A stretch of DNA of 64,000 bases from Eledone cirrhosa (lineage: Eukaryota): assembly GCA_964016885.1 (NCBI GenBank), contig OZ024742.1:31310001-31374000 (forward strand). Direction: 5' to 3'. Position numbers and translations under genes: made by a program. Below the pieces are notes generated by a model that was not told the origin of the DNA, searched no databases, and saw nothing but the letters and a program-made list of their open reading frames with translations. Positions 15,136 to 28,300 of the stretch are shown piece after piece; positions within the stretch are counted from its first letter, which is position 1, and each line of letters opens with the position of its first letter.

Positions 15136-16354
15136 TATGATTTGATATGTGACATAATGCTACGGTTTTGATTATTCAATTCCAGTATTGGCAGTGATTT
15201 ATTTCATCAAATATCAATGTTTTTATGCCACAAATAATATGATAAACTTAAAGAAGAAAAGGACGTAGAGCAAGTTAGAAATATAAGAGGGGGGTGCAAA
15301 GAAGAGGAAAAGGCAATAAATAAATAAATAAATGAATAAATAAATAAATAAATAAATAAATAAATGGATGAATGAATAAAAGAAGAAAAGAAATATATAA
15401 AAGAAAAGATGAATAAAGATAAAAGAGAGGAAAGATGTGGCGAGAGTAAAGAGGAAACGAAGGGGAGTAAAGAAAAACGAAGAAAAAGAAGAAAATATGA
15501 AATAGAGGGGAATAAAAAACCGTTGTATTCAAATGCTAGATAAAATAAGAAATCAAAACTCTATTCACATATATCAATGAATATCGCTTGTATTGGATTA
15601 TGCTTTAGCTAATTATACTTTTATATTACATCTAGATTATTAGGTATAGATTACTTTCTATAGCAATCACATATTTAAGTTAATTACAAATTTATATAAT
15701 TTAATTTAGCTCATTATAGATTATTATAATTTTTAATTTTAAGGTAAGATATTCTATTAATATTTTACTACAACTTTAAAAGAATTAATCTTTAAAGCTT
15801 ATTTAAATAATTATTAAATATGTATTAAAATATAATACCATGCATATATCCCCATCAATACATTTAATATATTTTGTTCATTTATTATCCAAATTAATTT
15901 ATTTTAATTTAGAAATTCACTTTATAAAAGCTTTACTATTCTTTAATTTTCATTTATTTATTAGAATCAAACTGTAGTTATATTTACTCTCTATAATTTT
16001 ATTTCATTTATTTAATGAATGGTTATATTTACTTCTGTATTTAATTATTTTGATATATAGTTTCCTTTTAATGATAGTCTATATATTATTAAACTTCATA
16101 TTTCATATTTAATATGTTTTATCAAGCTAGTCAAAAGGAAATTTTTACGGACAATGTAAACAAAAGGAAGATAACTCATTCACCATATACAAGCATTTAT
16201 AACTTATCTCTACTCTCACGTCCAGCGATATTTCGAAAGCCATAAATCATCTATTGTATATATCGTAATTCATGACTAATTAAATATTGAACTATCCTAA
16301 TAAAAGCATAGGATAAAGAGACTCTTAATGAAATTACTCCAATACATGTAAATA

Positions 16355-16850
16355 TCAATAAATTATTACTTCAATAAGGCAAAATTTATATATATTTAAA
16401 TTATTAATTGTCATTATTTTTTTGAAACTGGTACATTGCCTGGAAAGTTTTACCGATTTTATGGTGACAACTACTAAATAATTCATTTTTTTGTTGATTA
16501 AATTGTCATAGTTTGTGATTATCTGTAGAATCTCTTCATTGCAAAGATTGCAAATTTCTGAGATTGTTGAGTTCTGGTAGGAAGTAGCATCCTTTAATTT
16601 CCTCCAAGAGATGGAGTATTTAATATTATTGTCCTTTAAAAACCATACTAATTGCGAAAGTGAAGTTGAACATTTCTTATCTGGTCTATTAAAAGTATGT
16701 CTATGATTATACCAACGTTCCTTAAATTTAGATGAGGTGGCACCTATGTAGTTATATATATTATTATTTGCCTTAATGGTACATTTATATACTAGATTTT
16801 TGTCAAGGCAATTATTTTGTAAAGGACATTCAGACCTCTTTCTGAATAAT
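16355..16850 (-). pseudogene. Penelope-type GIY-YIG endonuclease fragment
   Basis: ECPLQNNCL..VYKC..YIGAT..FKER..NH..F..STSLSQLVWFLK..ISW..CNLCNEE; the upstream M-LLILL stretch is translated low-complexity repeat. Confidence 0.85.
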
Positions 16851-16999
16851 ATTAATAACATTAATAATATTAATAATATTAATAACATTTTGAATATTAA
16901 TAACTCCAGGAAAATCCACTGTTGAGCGCTTCTAATCTATTGTAATTTTGTATTCGTTGAGTAATCAACGAACCATATTAATCTTTGGTTATATATATA

Positions 17000-17102
<103 letters not shown>

Positions 17103-17133
17103 AATAATGGAGCTGCGGCGTTGCAAATGGGTT

Positions 17134-17978
17134 ACATATGAAAAAGTTTGTCCTTCATCAGTGGTCTTCCAACCGTCATAGGCATTTCATCGCTTTAAAG
17201 ACCATATACCTCAAGCTGGTGCGAGCAACGGCTAAAAAAAGTCGTTGGGACACGTAAATAAAGGGGACGCTATGGTAAACAAACAAAATGGTTTAAGCAA
17301 CAGAAAGTGATGAAGAAAGAGACAAGTCCCAGATTTCTATGAATATAAATTCGGTGAAATCGTGAACGAGAGGATAAAGACCATCAAACCTGGTTGAAAT
17401 GTGAGCAAGGAAGGAATTTCGCACAGGTCTAACGGGAGGAAGAAGGGGTCTGGTCTGCGAATTCGGTAAACATAAGTTCTGTGAAGTCGCAGACGAGAGA
17501 GACTCATTCTCTGTCACTACCTCTCCTCCTCCTCTTTCTTCCCGTTTGACCTGTCCGTAATTCTTTTCTCGCGCGCTCTTGGCCAAGCCGGTATGAATTT
17601 TTTTTCTCTCTCTCTCTCTCGTCTGCGACTTCACAGAACTTATGTTTACCGAATTCGCAGACCAGACTCTTTCTTCCTCCCGTTAGACCTGTGCGAAATT
17701 CCTTCCTTGCTCACATTTCAACCAGGTTTGATGGTCTTTATTCTCTCGTTCACGATTTCACCGAATTTATATTCATAGAAATCTGGGACTTGTCTCTTTC
17801 TTCATCACTTTCTGTTGCTTAAACCATTTTGTTTGTTTACCCTAACGTCCCCTTTATTTACGTGTCCCAACGACTTTTTTTAGCCGTTGCTCGCACCAAC
17901 CTGAGGTATATGGTCTTTAAAGCGATGAAATGCCTATGACGGTTGGAAGACCACTGATGAAGGACAAACTTTTTCATA
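17134..17978. repeat. Long inverted repeat (foldback/MITE-like), ~365-bp arms
   Basis: 17134-17502 is the reverse complement of 17613-17978 with few mismatches; ~110-bp spacer. Confidence 0.9.
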
Positions 17979-18235
17979 TATATATATATATAAAATAATT
18001 AGAATCGAAGTCAGTGTTGCAGCATATGTAGATTTTTTTTGTATATTACATTTGTTTCAATATAGATTATATTATGCCTCTGATACTGTGTGAACTAAGA
18101 CCCCTGTTGAAAGGCCTCTGGTGTGAAGGGTTTTTTTCTGTTGAGGTTTTAATATTAATTTTAATTTTACTTCACCAGGTAATTGCATTTTGTGTTTTGG
18201 CTAGTTTAGGCTTCTTTTTGTATGTGATGTTGTGT

Positions 18236-19267
18236 AGAGTTCAAATCCGACCAAGGTTAACTTTGCTTTTCATCCTTACGGGGTCGATAAAATAAACTAC
18301 CAGTAATACACTGGGATAATTGCTGGCCTTGTGCCATAAGTAGAAACAATTATTATTATTTAGTTTGGCGGTGGATTGGCAGTATCGGGAGAGCGTTAGA
18401 TACCATGCTTTTCAGCATAGAGTTGCGGCCTTTTACAGTCTGAGTTGAAATCCCGTCGAGGTTAACTTTCATCCTTACGAGGTCGATAAAATAATTGCTG
18501 GCCTTGTACCAAAAAGTAGAAACAATTATTTAGTTGTGGTAGTGACAATGATAATAATGGTAGTAGTGGTGGTAGCAATTCTCTAATGTATTGGAGGTTA
18601 TTATGATGGTTGGGGCAATGACAGTGGTGGTGGTGGTGGTATAGAATGGAGGAGAACAACTGGGGAGTGGGGAGTGACTTTGCCCTAGCGGCTAGGGTGG
18701 CCGAGGTTTTTTATAGGCTTTCTTCACGAGTGACTCTTGGCGTTTATGTTTGTTTTTTTTATATTTATTTTCTTAGTCACTGTTATAAATTTTATTTTAC
18801 ACAAAAAAACCCAGACTGTATCGTCCTGTACCGTCTTTAATGTTTTCTTAATGTGAGTCCAGTGTGGCAAATAAAGAACTCATTATTATTATTATTATTA
18901 TAGGTGGTTGATTGGGAGTATCGGTAGAGAGTCGGACACCATTCTTTGCAGCATAGTTACGTCCCTTTACAGACTGAGTTCAAATTCCGCCGAGGTTGAC
19001 TTTGCCTTTCATCCGTACGGGGTCGATAAAATAAAGTACCAGTAATACTGGGTAATTGCTAGCCTTGTGCCAAAAGTAGAAGCAATTATTATTATTATAA
19101 AATCAAGGTTAGCTTTGCCCTTCTTCCTCACAGGGTCGATAAAATAAAGTACCAGTAACGTACTGGGGTTGATAGAATCGACTTTCCCCTCCCCCAAATT
19201 GCTGGTCTTGGGCTTAAATCAGAATAACGTACTGGGGTAATTGCTAGCCTTATTCCAAAACTAGAAA

Positions 19268-19304
<37 letters not shown>
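18236..19304 (+). mobile_element. Tandem cluster of four SINE family 1 copies or fragments with ATT tails
   Basis: Copies at ~18236-18360, 18366-18530, 18902-19098 and 19105-19270, each ending GAA(A/G)CA(A)TTATT. Confidence 0.8.
18641..18901 (+). mobile_element. Tx1-family 3' UTR fragment (older copy)
   Basis: Aligns by eye with the 3' UTR of fragments B and C; ends GTGTGGCAAATAAAGAACTC(ATT)n. Confidence 0.65.
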
Positions 19305-21751
19305 GTTATTGTTATTCCTTGAATCTCAGTCATTGATGTTGGTTAACTGGAAAGTCCGTTGGATTGAATATCAAGCCACTACCTGCAGCCTCAGATATTC
19401 AGGACGTATCGGAGGGTTCTTGCTGTTCCAAGCAAGCATGCCTTTTGAAGCGTTCCAAAAAGCGTGAAGGGGCCGATTTTCTTTAACCATCCCTGGAAAC
19501 TTTTGGAGATAGTCCCCAGTGCGCCTATGACAATCGGGATCACTTTGACTTCATGGCAGTTCCAAATCCTTTTCACCTCCCACTTTAGGTCCTGGTATCG
19601 GTTAATTTTCTCCCTCTCCTTCTCTTGCACTCTCGTGTCGAACGGGCAGGCCACATCCACAATCAGGCACGATCTTTTTTCTTTGTCCACAACCACCAGG
19701 TCAGGTCTATTGTGTTCCAGTTTTTTGTCCGTCTGTATCCTAAAATCCCACAGCACCTTCACCTGATTGTTCTCCATCACCGCCTCTGGCCTATGCTCAT
19801 ACCATTTCTCAGAATGTGGTAGATTGTTTACTTTGCACAGGTGCCAGTGGATCACCCTGCCCATCACATCGTGTCTCCAGCCCTTATAGTGGGTCTGGGC
19901 TAGGTGTTTACACTCGGACACAATGTGAGCCACAGTCTCCTCTCTCTCTCCACAGATCCTGCACAGTAGGCTAGCCTCCTCCTTGTAGATATGGTGCTTC
20001 AACCACTTCGTTTTGAGGGCCTGCTCCTGCGCAGCCATTAGCATTCCTTCTGTAGCCTTTTTGAGGTCTCCTCTTCTCAACCAGTTCCATGTCTGTGGAT
20101 GTCTAAATTCAGTTTTCTCAAAGAAGGTACTATGAAGGGATTTTCCCTTAAGGCTGCTCTTCCTCCTTGATGTTATTTCCTCCTTGGACATCCCCTGGCC
20201 TACTGTCCCCTCCTTCAGTACAGTTCTGAGCATTGGCTCCTTACTATAGGTCACGTATTTGTATAGGTTGTTTTTCTCCATCTGAACACAGTCCTCTATG
20301 CTGATAAGACCTCTTCCACCCTCAGATCTCCTTAGGTAGAGTCTATCGACATCACTCCTCTTGTGGAACATGTTGTAGATAGTCAATAGCTTCCTAGTCT
20401 TCCTATCCATTTCTTTTTGTTCAGCAACATTCCATCTCAGAATTCCCGCACTGTACCTAATAATAGACACAGCTCGGGAATTTACTGCGCTTATGGCATT
20501 TCTGCTGTTCAGATGTGACTTCAATACGCTCCTTACTCTCCGAATGTATTCAGTTCTTAACAATTCCTTCATTTTTTTGTTCTTTATGCCTCCAGAACGC
20601 CCAAATACTTGTATCCTTCCTCAGAGTCAATTTCTTTTATCATCTCACCTGTTGGTATCTGGATCCCGTTACTTCTGCTCAACCTACCCCTCTTCATCAC
20701 AATGACTCCACATTTACCAATACCAAACTGCATACATATATCACTGCTGAAAATACGGACAGTGTCAACAAGCACATCCAACTCCTTCTCACTTTTCCCG
20801 AAGAGCTTAAGATCGTCCATGAAGAGGAGGTGATTGATGGTAAGCTCTCCCCTTCCCAACTTGTATCCTGCTCTCACTTTTCGCAGCATAATGGTCAAGG
20901 GCATCAGGGCAAGGACAAACAACGGAGGGGACAGGCTATCTCCCTGGAAGATACCTCTCTTGATCTTCACGCTTCCCAAGGATACTCCAGTTGATGTCAA
21001 CTCTGTCTCCCAGGACCCCATACTCCTGCCTAGCAACTGTCTGATGTTATCTGCCACCCTGAAGATCTCCAGGCTTTTGGTGATCCAGGAATGAGGCACC
21101 ATGTCAAATGCCTTTCTGTAGTCTATCCATCCCATGGCAAGATCAGTGTGTCTCCTCCTGCAATTCCCCATTACCATCTTATCAATAAGTAACTGGTCCT
21201 TTGTACCACGTGACTTCTTTCGGCATCCTTTCTGTTCGTCCGGTAACAAGTTGTTTGTGTGGAGGTGATGGTAGATTTCCTCAGACACAATGCTCGTCAA
21301 CAGTTTCCACATTACGGACAGACATGTGATAGGTCTATAGTTGGTAACATCATTACCCTTGATTCGGTCTTTCATTATCAGAACTGTGGTACCTTTTGTC
21401 AACCACTCTGGCACCTCACCCGACACCAAGCAGTCATTGAACATGGCCGTCAGCTTCGAGTGGAGGGATGTTAAATGTTTAATCCAATACCCCTGCACAC
21501 CATCTGGGCCTGGTGATTTCCAGTTGGTTAGTTTTTTGGCTTGCCCCTTAAGAGTTTCAACTGTGATACTCAAATCAGTTTGTTGTTGTGCCTGCTCACC
21601 GATCTCCCTCTGTACTGTCTCAATCCACCCTGCCTGGGCATTGTGTCTAACATCCTGCTCCCATATTCCTCTCCAGAATGTTTTAGTTTGTTCCGCCCCA
21701 GGGATCAAGTCGTTGCCTCTTTCTTTCCCCTCAAGCTGTCCAAACAGCATC

Positions 21752-21753
<2 letters not shown>
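19305..21753 (-). mobile_element. 5'-truncated copy of the same R4/Dong-type element with a frameshift
   Basis: Near-identical to 29121-31575. ORF split into 20584-21750 and 19391-20572 by a 7-bp deletion (tatgccATCAGCCtccaga becomes tatgcctccaga near 20590). (TTA)n on both sides. Confidence 0.93.
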
Positions 21754-21810
<57 letters not shown>

Positions 21811-21813
<3 letters not shown>

Positions 21814-22211
21814 TCTTCGGTGACGCCCTGATTAACTTTTTCCAAATTCATTTGAAAAGGAAAATCAGGGTAGAGAGAGAGGGAAGTGCTCTCTTCCCAG
21901 CTTTTTGTTGAAAGATGGGTGAGAGAGGCAAGAATGGCCCGAGTGAATGGACCTACTCTGAGTATGTGCCTGTAAATTGAAGGTGGAAAACTGGGAGAGG
22001 ACAATTTCCCTGGTGGTCAGGGTTACCGTGGCTTTTTTTAATGGGCTTTCTCCCCGATGGCCCTCGGAAGTCTCCCCCCTATTGGGGAATTTTTCATTGT
22101 TCTTTTATTACATCCTCTGTTTTTTTTGTTTTTTTTACACGCAGAAATGCCCATTTGTACCTTCCTGTATTGTCCTGTACTGTCCTTAATGTCTACTTTG
22201 TGTAAACCCTT
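21811..22211 (+). mobile_element. Tx1-family 3' fragment A (ORF2 end and 3' UTR, lacking the terminal tail)
   Basis: Closely similar to 22715-23110; encodes LFGDALINFSKF..RWVREARMARVNGPTLSMCL. Confidence 0.85.
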
Positions 22212-23140
22212 AATCGGCAATATGATCGGTGGAAACTCCACCTTGGCGTTCTATAGAGGATTAGTGGAGGGGAAGAGCGACGACGTACTTGGGGAAACTC
22301 TAGGCGTCGACGAAAATCAACTAACCAATCTCTTTGGAAGAACTTTCGGGCCGGGGCCTATGGACAACTTCCAGAAATCCCTGGCCTGGCAGTGCTACCG
22401 AAGAGCTTTGCCAGTTCGGGATAAACTCTACAGGCATGGAGGTGCCGTCAGCCGGGCATGTCCGAGATGCGCGCAGGGCGACGAAACCGTCCTGCATGCA
22501 CTCGTCCAGTGTCCGAGCATTGCTGACTTGTGGGTTTATGTCGAACACCTGCTGTCACGTGTAGAACGGATCCGACTATCAGCTGAGTCCATCGTGAGGA
22601 TTGCTGCGCCCACTTCCTTTAGCCGGGAAGGGCAGGTAGTTTTTATCTGTCTGGTGGCCATGGCGAAAGAGATAGTATGGTGGACACGTTTGAAAGGGCT
22701 GAAGACAAGCACTTACCTCTTCGGTGAAGCCCTGATTAACTTTTTCAAATTTCATTTGAAAAGGAAAATCAGGGTAGAGAGGGAGGTGCTCTCTTCCCAG
22801 CATTTTGTTGAAAGATGGGTGAGAGCGGCAAGAATGGCCCGAGTGAATGGACCTACTCTGAGTATATGCCTGTAAATTGAAGGTGGAAAACTGGGAGAGG
22901 ATAATTGCCCTGGTGGTCAGGGTCACCGTGGCTTTTTTTAATGGGCTTTCTCCACGAATGTCCCTCGGAAGTTTCCCCCGTATTGGTGAATTTTTCATTG
23001 TTATTTTTTTTGTTACATCTGTTTTTGTCTTTTTTACACGCAGAAATGTCCATTTGTACCGTCCTGTATTGTCCGGTACTGCCCTTAATGTCTACTTTAT
23101 GTAAACCCTTGTGGTTAATAAAGAAAGCATTATTATTATT
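22212..23140 (+). mobile_element. Tx1-family 3' fragment B with CCHC region and (ATT)n tail
   Basis: ORF to 22875 is homologous to 28150-28820 (MDNFQKSLAWQCYR, CPRCAQGDETVLHALVQC); ends CCCTTGTGGTTAATAAAGAAAGC(ATT)4. Confidence 0.9.
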
Positions 23141-23563
23141 AACTTTTTCAAGTTTCACTTGAAGAGGAAAATCAGGGTAGAGAGGCAAGTGCTGCTTTCT
23201 AGCAAGTTTGTTGAAAGGTGGGTGAATGTAGCGAGAATTGTCCGAGTGAACGGGACCACTCTGAATATACGTCTGTAGTTTGAGAGATGGAAAAATTGAG
23301 AGAGGGCGCTTGTAGTCAGGGTGGCCGTGGTCTCTTGTGTGGTTTTCGCCACGAGTAACCCTCGGAGGTTTCCCCCCTATTGTGGAATTTTTCATTGTTT
23401 CAATTTTCATTTTATTGTTTATATATATATATATATGTTTTATGTCTCTTTTCTTTTCTTATATAAATAATAAAAATATTTACACGCACAAAACCCACAT
23501 CGTACCGTCCTGTTCCGTCTGTGATGTTTTTCTTGATATCAGCCCTTGTGGCCAATAAAGAAA

Positions 23564-23595
<32 letters not shown>
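23138..23595 (+). mobile_element. Tx1-family 3' fragment C (divergent subfamily) with (ATT)n tail
   Basis: Encodes NFFKFHLKRKIRVERQVLL..VNGTTLNIRL; ends CCCTTGTGGCCAATAAAGAAATC(ATT)n. Confidence 0.85.
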
Positions 23596-24634
23596 TGCAT
23601 TTATCTTGCTTTATGTTCATACGACTTATCACCAAGTCACAACCAGTGACCTCAAGAGACAACAAGGTCCGCCATGTTCAAGAAAGAACATACATATTCA
23701 CACATGCATCCTTAGTGTTTAGACTTGTGATGTACTTATATTGACAGGATCTTCCTTAGTATATGGGCAGTTCCCATTAGTACTATCTTTTGTATTTCTC
23801 CTATACGCGGGTTTCCTGGGATTTGCGATAAGTAGCCGTTAGACCCCTTAGGTATCATTCCCAGATCGCCTACAACCACTGGTATTGTTTTAGTTCTCAA
23901 TTTCCACATTTTTCCAATTTCTATCTCCAGGTCCTTATACTTGCTCAATTTTTCAAATGTTTTTATAGATACATTCTTGTCTATTGGAACAGACATATCA
24001 ATTAGCAGGCATACCCTCCTTTGAAAGTCCTTCAATATTATATCAGGTCTATTTGCATCTATTTTTCGGTCTGTTTGGATGCTAAAGTTCCACAAGATTG
24101 AGATGTGATCTTTTTTCAAGTATGGGAGGTGGTTGATGCTCCCACCAATTCTTTTGATGGGGCAGGTCAAAATGCTTACACATTATCCAATGTATGTATT
24201 GTGCAGCTCTGTCATGCCTGTTTAGGTATTCGGTTGGAGCTATAGGACTGCACATTGAAATTATATGGTCAATGGTCTCTTGTTGTTTTTTGCATACACG
24301 GCATAATGGGCTGCACCCATTTTTTTATTATGTTGGCTTGGTAATTTTTTGTTGGCAGACACTGATCTTGTGTCGATATAATCAGTCCTTCAGTCTCCGA
24401 TTTCAGTCCAGAGGATGCCAACCACTGCTGGGTTAAAGTTTTGTCAACATCAGGATTGTTAGCTCGCTCTGGGTATTTTCCATACAGAGGCTTTTCTTGC
24501 CATTTCTTAGCCAGTTTCTGTAGCAGTTCTTTCTTTGCAGTTACTTTTACCTGCTTTGCTTTTTCTGTGTTTTCCATTTCTGCAGTAAATGGGACTTCTG
24601 AAATTTGTAGACCATTACTGTATCTTTGTGCATT
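23596..24634 (-). pseudogene. 3' fragment of a second, divergent R4/Dong-type family (frameshifted)
   Basis: ORF pieces 24269-24577 and 23736-24170 with GLKSETEGLIISTQDQ, RPDII, IDMSVP, EKLSKYKDL, GTAHILRKILSI; bounded by TTA repeats. Confidence 0.85.
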
Positions 24635-24645
24635 TATTATTATTT

Positions 24646-25376
24646 AAAAAAAATAAACGCACACACAGACACAGAGACACTCACAGACACAGACCCTTTG
24701 TCTTCCAGCAGCGAAGATGAAGGAAAACCCAAAAGTGCAAAAAAACAGAGAAAACTCACACAAAAAAAAAATCCCCTACAAAACACAAAAACACACACAA
24801 CAAAAAATACAGACACCACTAACGCAGACACTTCCCCAATAACATCAGCACCATCAGCAACATCGACACCACCTCCACAATCCCCGAAACGCAAACAACC
24901 TAAACAAACACAAGTACAAATAAACACACAAATACCTGAAATTGCAGACACCACACCTACAACAAACATAGACATACCCGAAACAACACCACCAAAACCA
25001 TCGCCACCACCTTCACCAAAACGAAAACAAATAAAACCACACCAACAAAATGTTAAAAACTTCGTGCTTGTCAGAAGGGCCAACGATAAACTGATGGCCC
25101 TCTTAGAGCGAAGCGAGGACATTCAAACAGGGGGGGGAGATTTTTGAAATGAGCACATTTTGCGTGCCAGAAGATTTGCTTCTGGTCCGAATGTCACTCA
25201 ATTCTTTCAAAGAAATTCGAGAGAGCTTTCCTCAAGACGTGGGAAACCCGAATGTGAAACCCACATCAAGACTTTTAAAGGGGTTCCCAAAAGAAACCCC
25301 ACCAACCATGGAGGTCGAACCACCCGACCTTCACAAGACCCGGGAGGTAAGTAAACCTTCCCCCTCTCTCTCTTAG
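24646..25376 (+). pseudogene. C-terminal part of Tx1-type ORF1 (Pro/Thr/Lys-rich)
   Basis: ORFs 24626-25147 and 25149-25376 fuse if one G is removed from the G8 run at 25130-25137; ends 9 nt before the ORF2 ATG. Confidence 0.6.
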
Positions 25377-25385
25377 CTTACCAAT

Positions 25386-28300
25386 ATGGCCATATTAAGA
25401 GTAGGAAGTTTAAATGTTCGCGGCCTGGGGTCACCCTGGAAGCAGGGTCGCCTGCTCAACGACCTCCGGTCGCTGGAAATGGATGTGATTGCCGTAAGCG
25501 AGACCAGAATTTCCGACACGCGTGCACTAGCCCCCATTTTCGACGACTATCAGATCTTCGCATCTGTTAGCAGGCCGGGAATGGGGGGTGGGGTGGCAGT
25601 GCTGTTTAGGAAAGGACTGGATCTCGAGGTAAGGTCGATCTTCCGGGACCCGGACGGTAAGTTGGTGGTCTTGGATGTGAGCAGTAGCGAAGGTGGTGCC
25701 TTTAGACTGCTGGCCGCCTACGCCCCTACAGGGGCCGGACGACCTGACTTCTTTAGGCGCCTGGAGACCTTTCTGGGTACGTCTCGCCCTTTACTGTTAG
25801 CGGGGGACTGGAATGGCATCTTAGACGCACGATGGGATTATGTGGGAGTAGCCGATAGGAGCGGGGGGTGCAAAAGCCTCAAGCACCTACTCAGCCAGTT
25901 CCAACTGTCTGACAGGTATCGACTAGATTTCCCCAATGTGCCAGTATGGACATGGACCAACCGAATGGGGTCATCTAGATCGTATATAGACAGAATCTTC
26001 ATTAGGAAAATAGATAGAAATAGTGTGGGCTGTCCACTTTTTAAAACGGTCGCCTATTCAGATCACAAATTTGTGATCTGTACGGTCGACCTAAATAAAA
26101 CGCGTAGGTTAGGACCGGGTTACTGGAAGCTGAACATGTCATTTCCGGCACGTAAGGCTTACAGGGACCGAGTCAATAAGTTAGTTAAGCAAAAGTTGAC
26201 AGGGGGGATCATCAACAACAGATGGTGGGGGGCTCTCAAAAGAGAGATTAGAGTAACTTCGATAGAGTTCAGCAAAGAACTAGCGTTAGAGAAAAATAGA
26301 AAGGAGGGGGAGCTGGTAGATAAGTTAGACGAGGCTATTTGTAGTGGCATCGCAACTGACGTGCTAGCGGCGAGAATGGCATTAGACCATTTCTTCAATG
26401 CCAAACACGAAGGTTGCATTGTCAGAGCTAAGGCGCGTGCGCTGAGAAACGAGGGAACTAGAGCTGTTCGATGGGCCCGCGTGGCGGAGGCGCAGCGTGG
26501 TAATAAAACCACGATTCGGTCTTTGGCGGACCGAGACGGACACGAGATAAGCGATTCCAAGCGGATGTGTGACGCCTTTCGCCAGCACTTTGCTCGGTTG
26601 TTCGGGGAGAGTGGCGGGTCAGAGAGAGTAGCGGATTTCAGTCCCTATCTTGACGGCTTGCCGCGCATCTCGACGGTCGACGCTGAGCGCTGCGAAAGGC
26701 CGATTACTTCAGCCGAAATTCAGGACGCCCTTGTCGGCTGCATGAGGCGCAAGTCACCCGGCTTGGATGGCCTGCCCTACGAGCTTTACGTAAATATGCC
26801 AGACTTGTTCTCCGAACTCCTCGAAGCACTCTACTGTAACTGGCAGCAGAATGGGAGTATTCCCAGTTCTGTGAGCAGGGGAGTGGTGACGCTGATAAGG
26901 AAAGACGAGAACAAGAGGGATACATTAGACAACTTCAGGCCCATAACTCTGCTCAACACAGAGTTTAAGATTTTGGCCAAGGTGTTAGCAAAGAGATTGG
27001 CGCTTGTCGTCGAGGATTTGGTTGGGGAGGCGCAAACTTGCGCAATCCCAGCCAGGTCCATACACGGCAATCTCCACCTCATGCGATACATCATAGAGAG
27101 GGTAGGGTGTAAACCTGGCTTCGGTGGGGCACTGATCAATTTAGATCAATCGAAAGCATTCGATAGGGTCGACCATCGGTATCTGGAGTTTGTCCTCAAA
27201 GCAGCTGGCTTCGGCCCTGTCTTTAGAAGCTGGATCGTTGCAATGCACAGCGGCACACGCTCGGTGGTTAAAGTTAATGGCCACCTCTCGGAACCATTTC
27301 GGCTCTCCCGATCGGTCCGTCAAGGGTGCTCTCTCTCTTCCCTTCTGTACGTATTGACTCTCGAGCCTTTACTGCGGAAGCTGGAGCTGTTGCAGGGCAT
27401 CCCGCTCGAACCGGGACGTGGAAAGGCGGTGTCGGCTTATGCGGACGACATCACCGTGATGGTGTCGAACACCTCAGAAATCGAGGTGGTCGGCACCTTA
27501 TTGAAAGAATATGAAAGGTTGACAGGAGCCAAACTTAACCAGGAAAAGTCGGTGGGCTTGCAACTCGGAACCTGGAGAGGCAAGCCCATGCCGTCCAACA
27601 GCGTCGTGGGGCGCTGGACGGACGGACCAGTAAAGTTGCTCGGGGTTTGGTTCGGACCAGACCTCCAGGTGGAAAAGAATTGGGACGAGGTAACGAGCAG
27701 AGTAGCCAGTCTCACCCAAAAATGGGCTGGGAGGAAGCTATCACTGAAAGGTCGCGCGGAGGTGGCGAATGCGTACATCGCGTCCGTCATCTATTACCGC
27801 CTAACCGTCATGCCTTGCCCCCGTCCGCGCCTCGTCAAGTTGGAACGGCTCCTCTTCAAATTCTTGTGGAGGGGACAAGTTCCGTTGGTGAGGCGGTCCA
27901 TCTGCTGCCAGCACCCTCTACGCGGAGGGCTGGGCATGCCGTGGCTAATGATGCGCAGACATGCGTTGAGGCTGCGACATCTCCAGATATTCTGCCTCAA
28001 TGGTGAACAGGTGTGGTCGCCGTTTATCAGACGGGCCTTTCCGCAGCTCATTTCTTTGACTGAGCTGCAGTCCTGGGTCAAGAAGAGACCGAGACTGGGT
28101 GACTGGCACCTGGAATGTTGCCAGGCACTCACTGCCCTCTACCAAGCGGGCAATGCGATCAGTGGAACTTCCACTCTCGAGTTTTATAGAGGATTAGTGG
28201 TGGGCAAGTGCGATGACGCACTCGGAGAAGATTTGGGCCTCGACGAAGTCGAACTGACCAGTCTGTACCGGAGGACTTTTGAGCCGGGGACGATGGACAA

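Larger units (their letters stand above)
15030..16850 (-). mobile_element. 5'-truncated Penelope-like element (GIY-YIG end, AT-rich 3' region, hammerhead)
   Basis: GIY-YIG ORF remnant, ~1.2 kb AT-rich sequence and a same-strand hammerhead motif ending at a (TA)n tract. That these form one continuous element is inferred. Confidence 0.7.
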
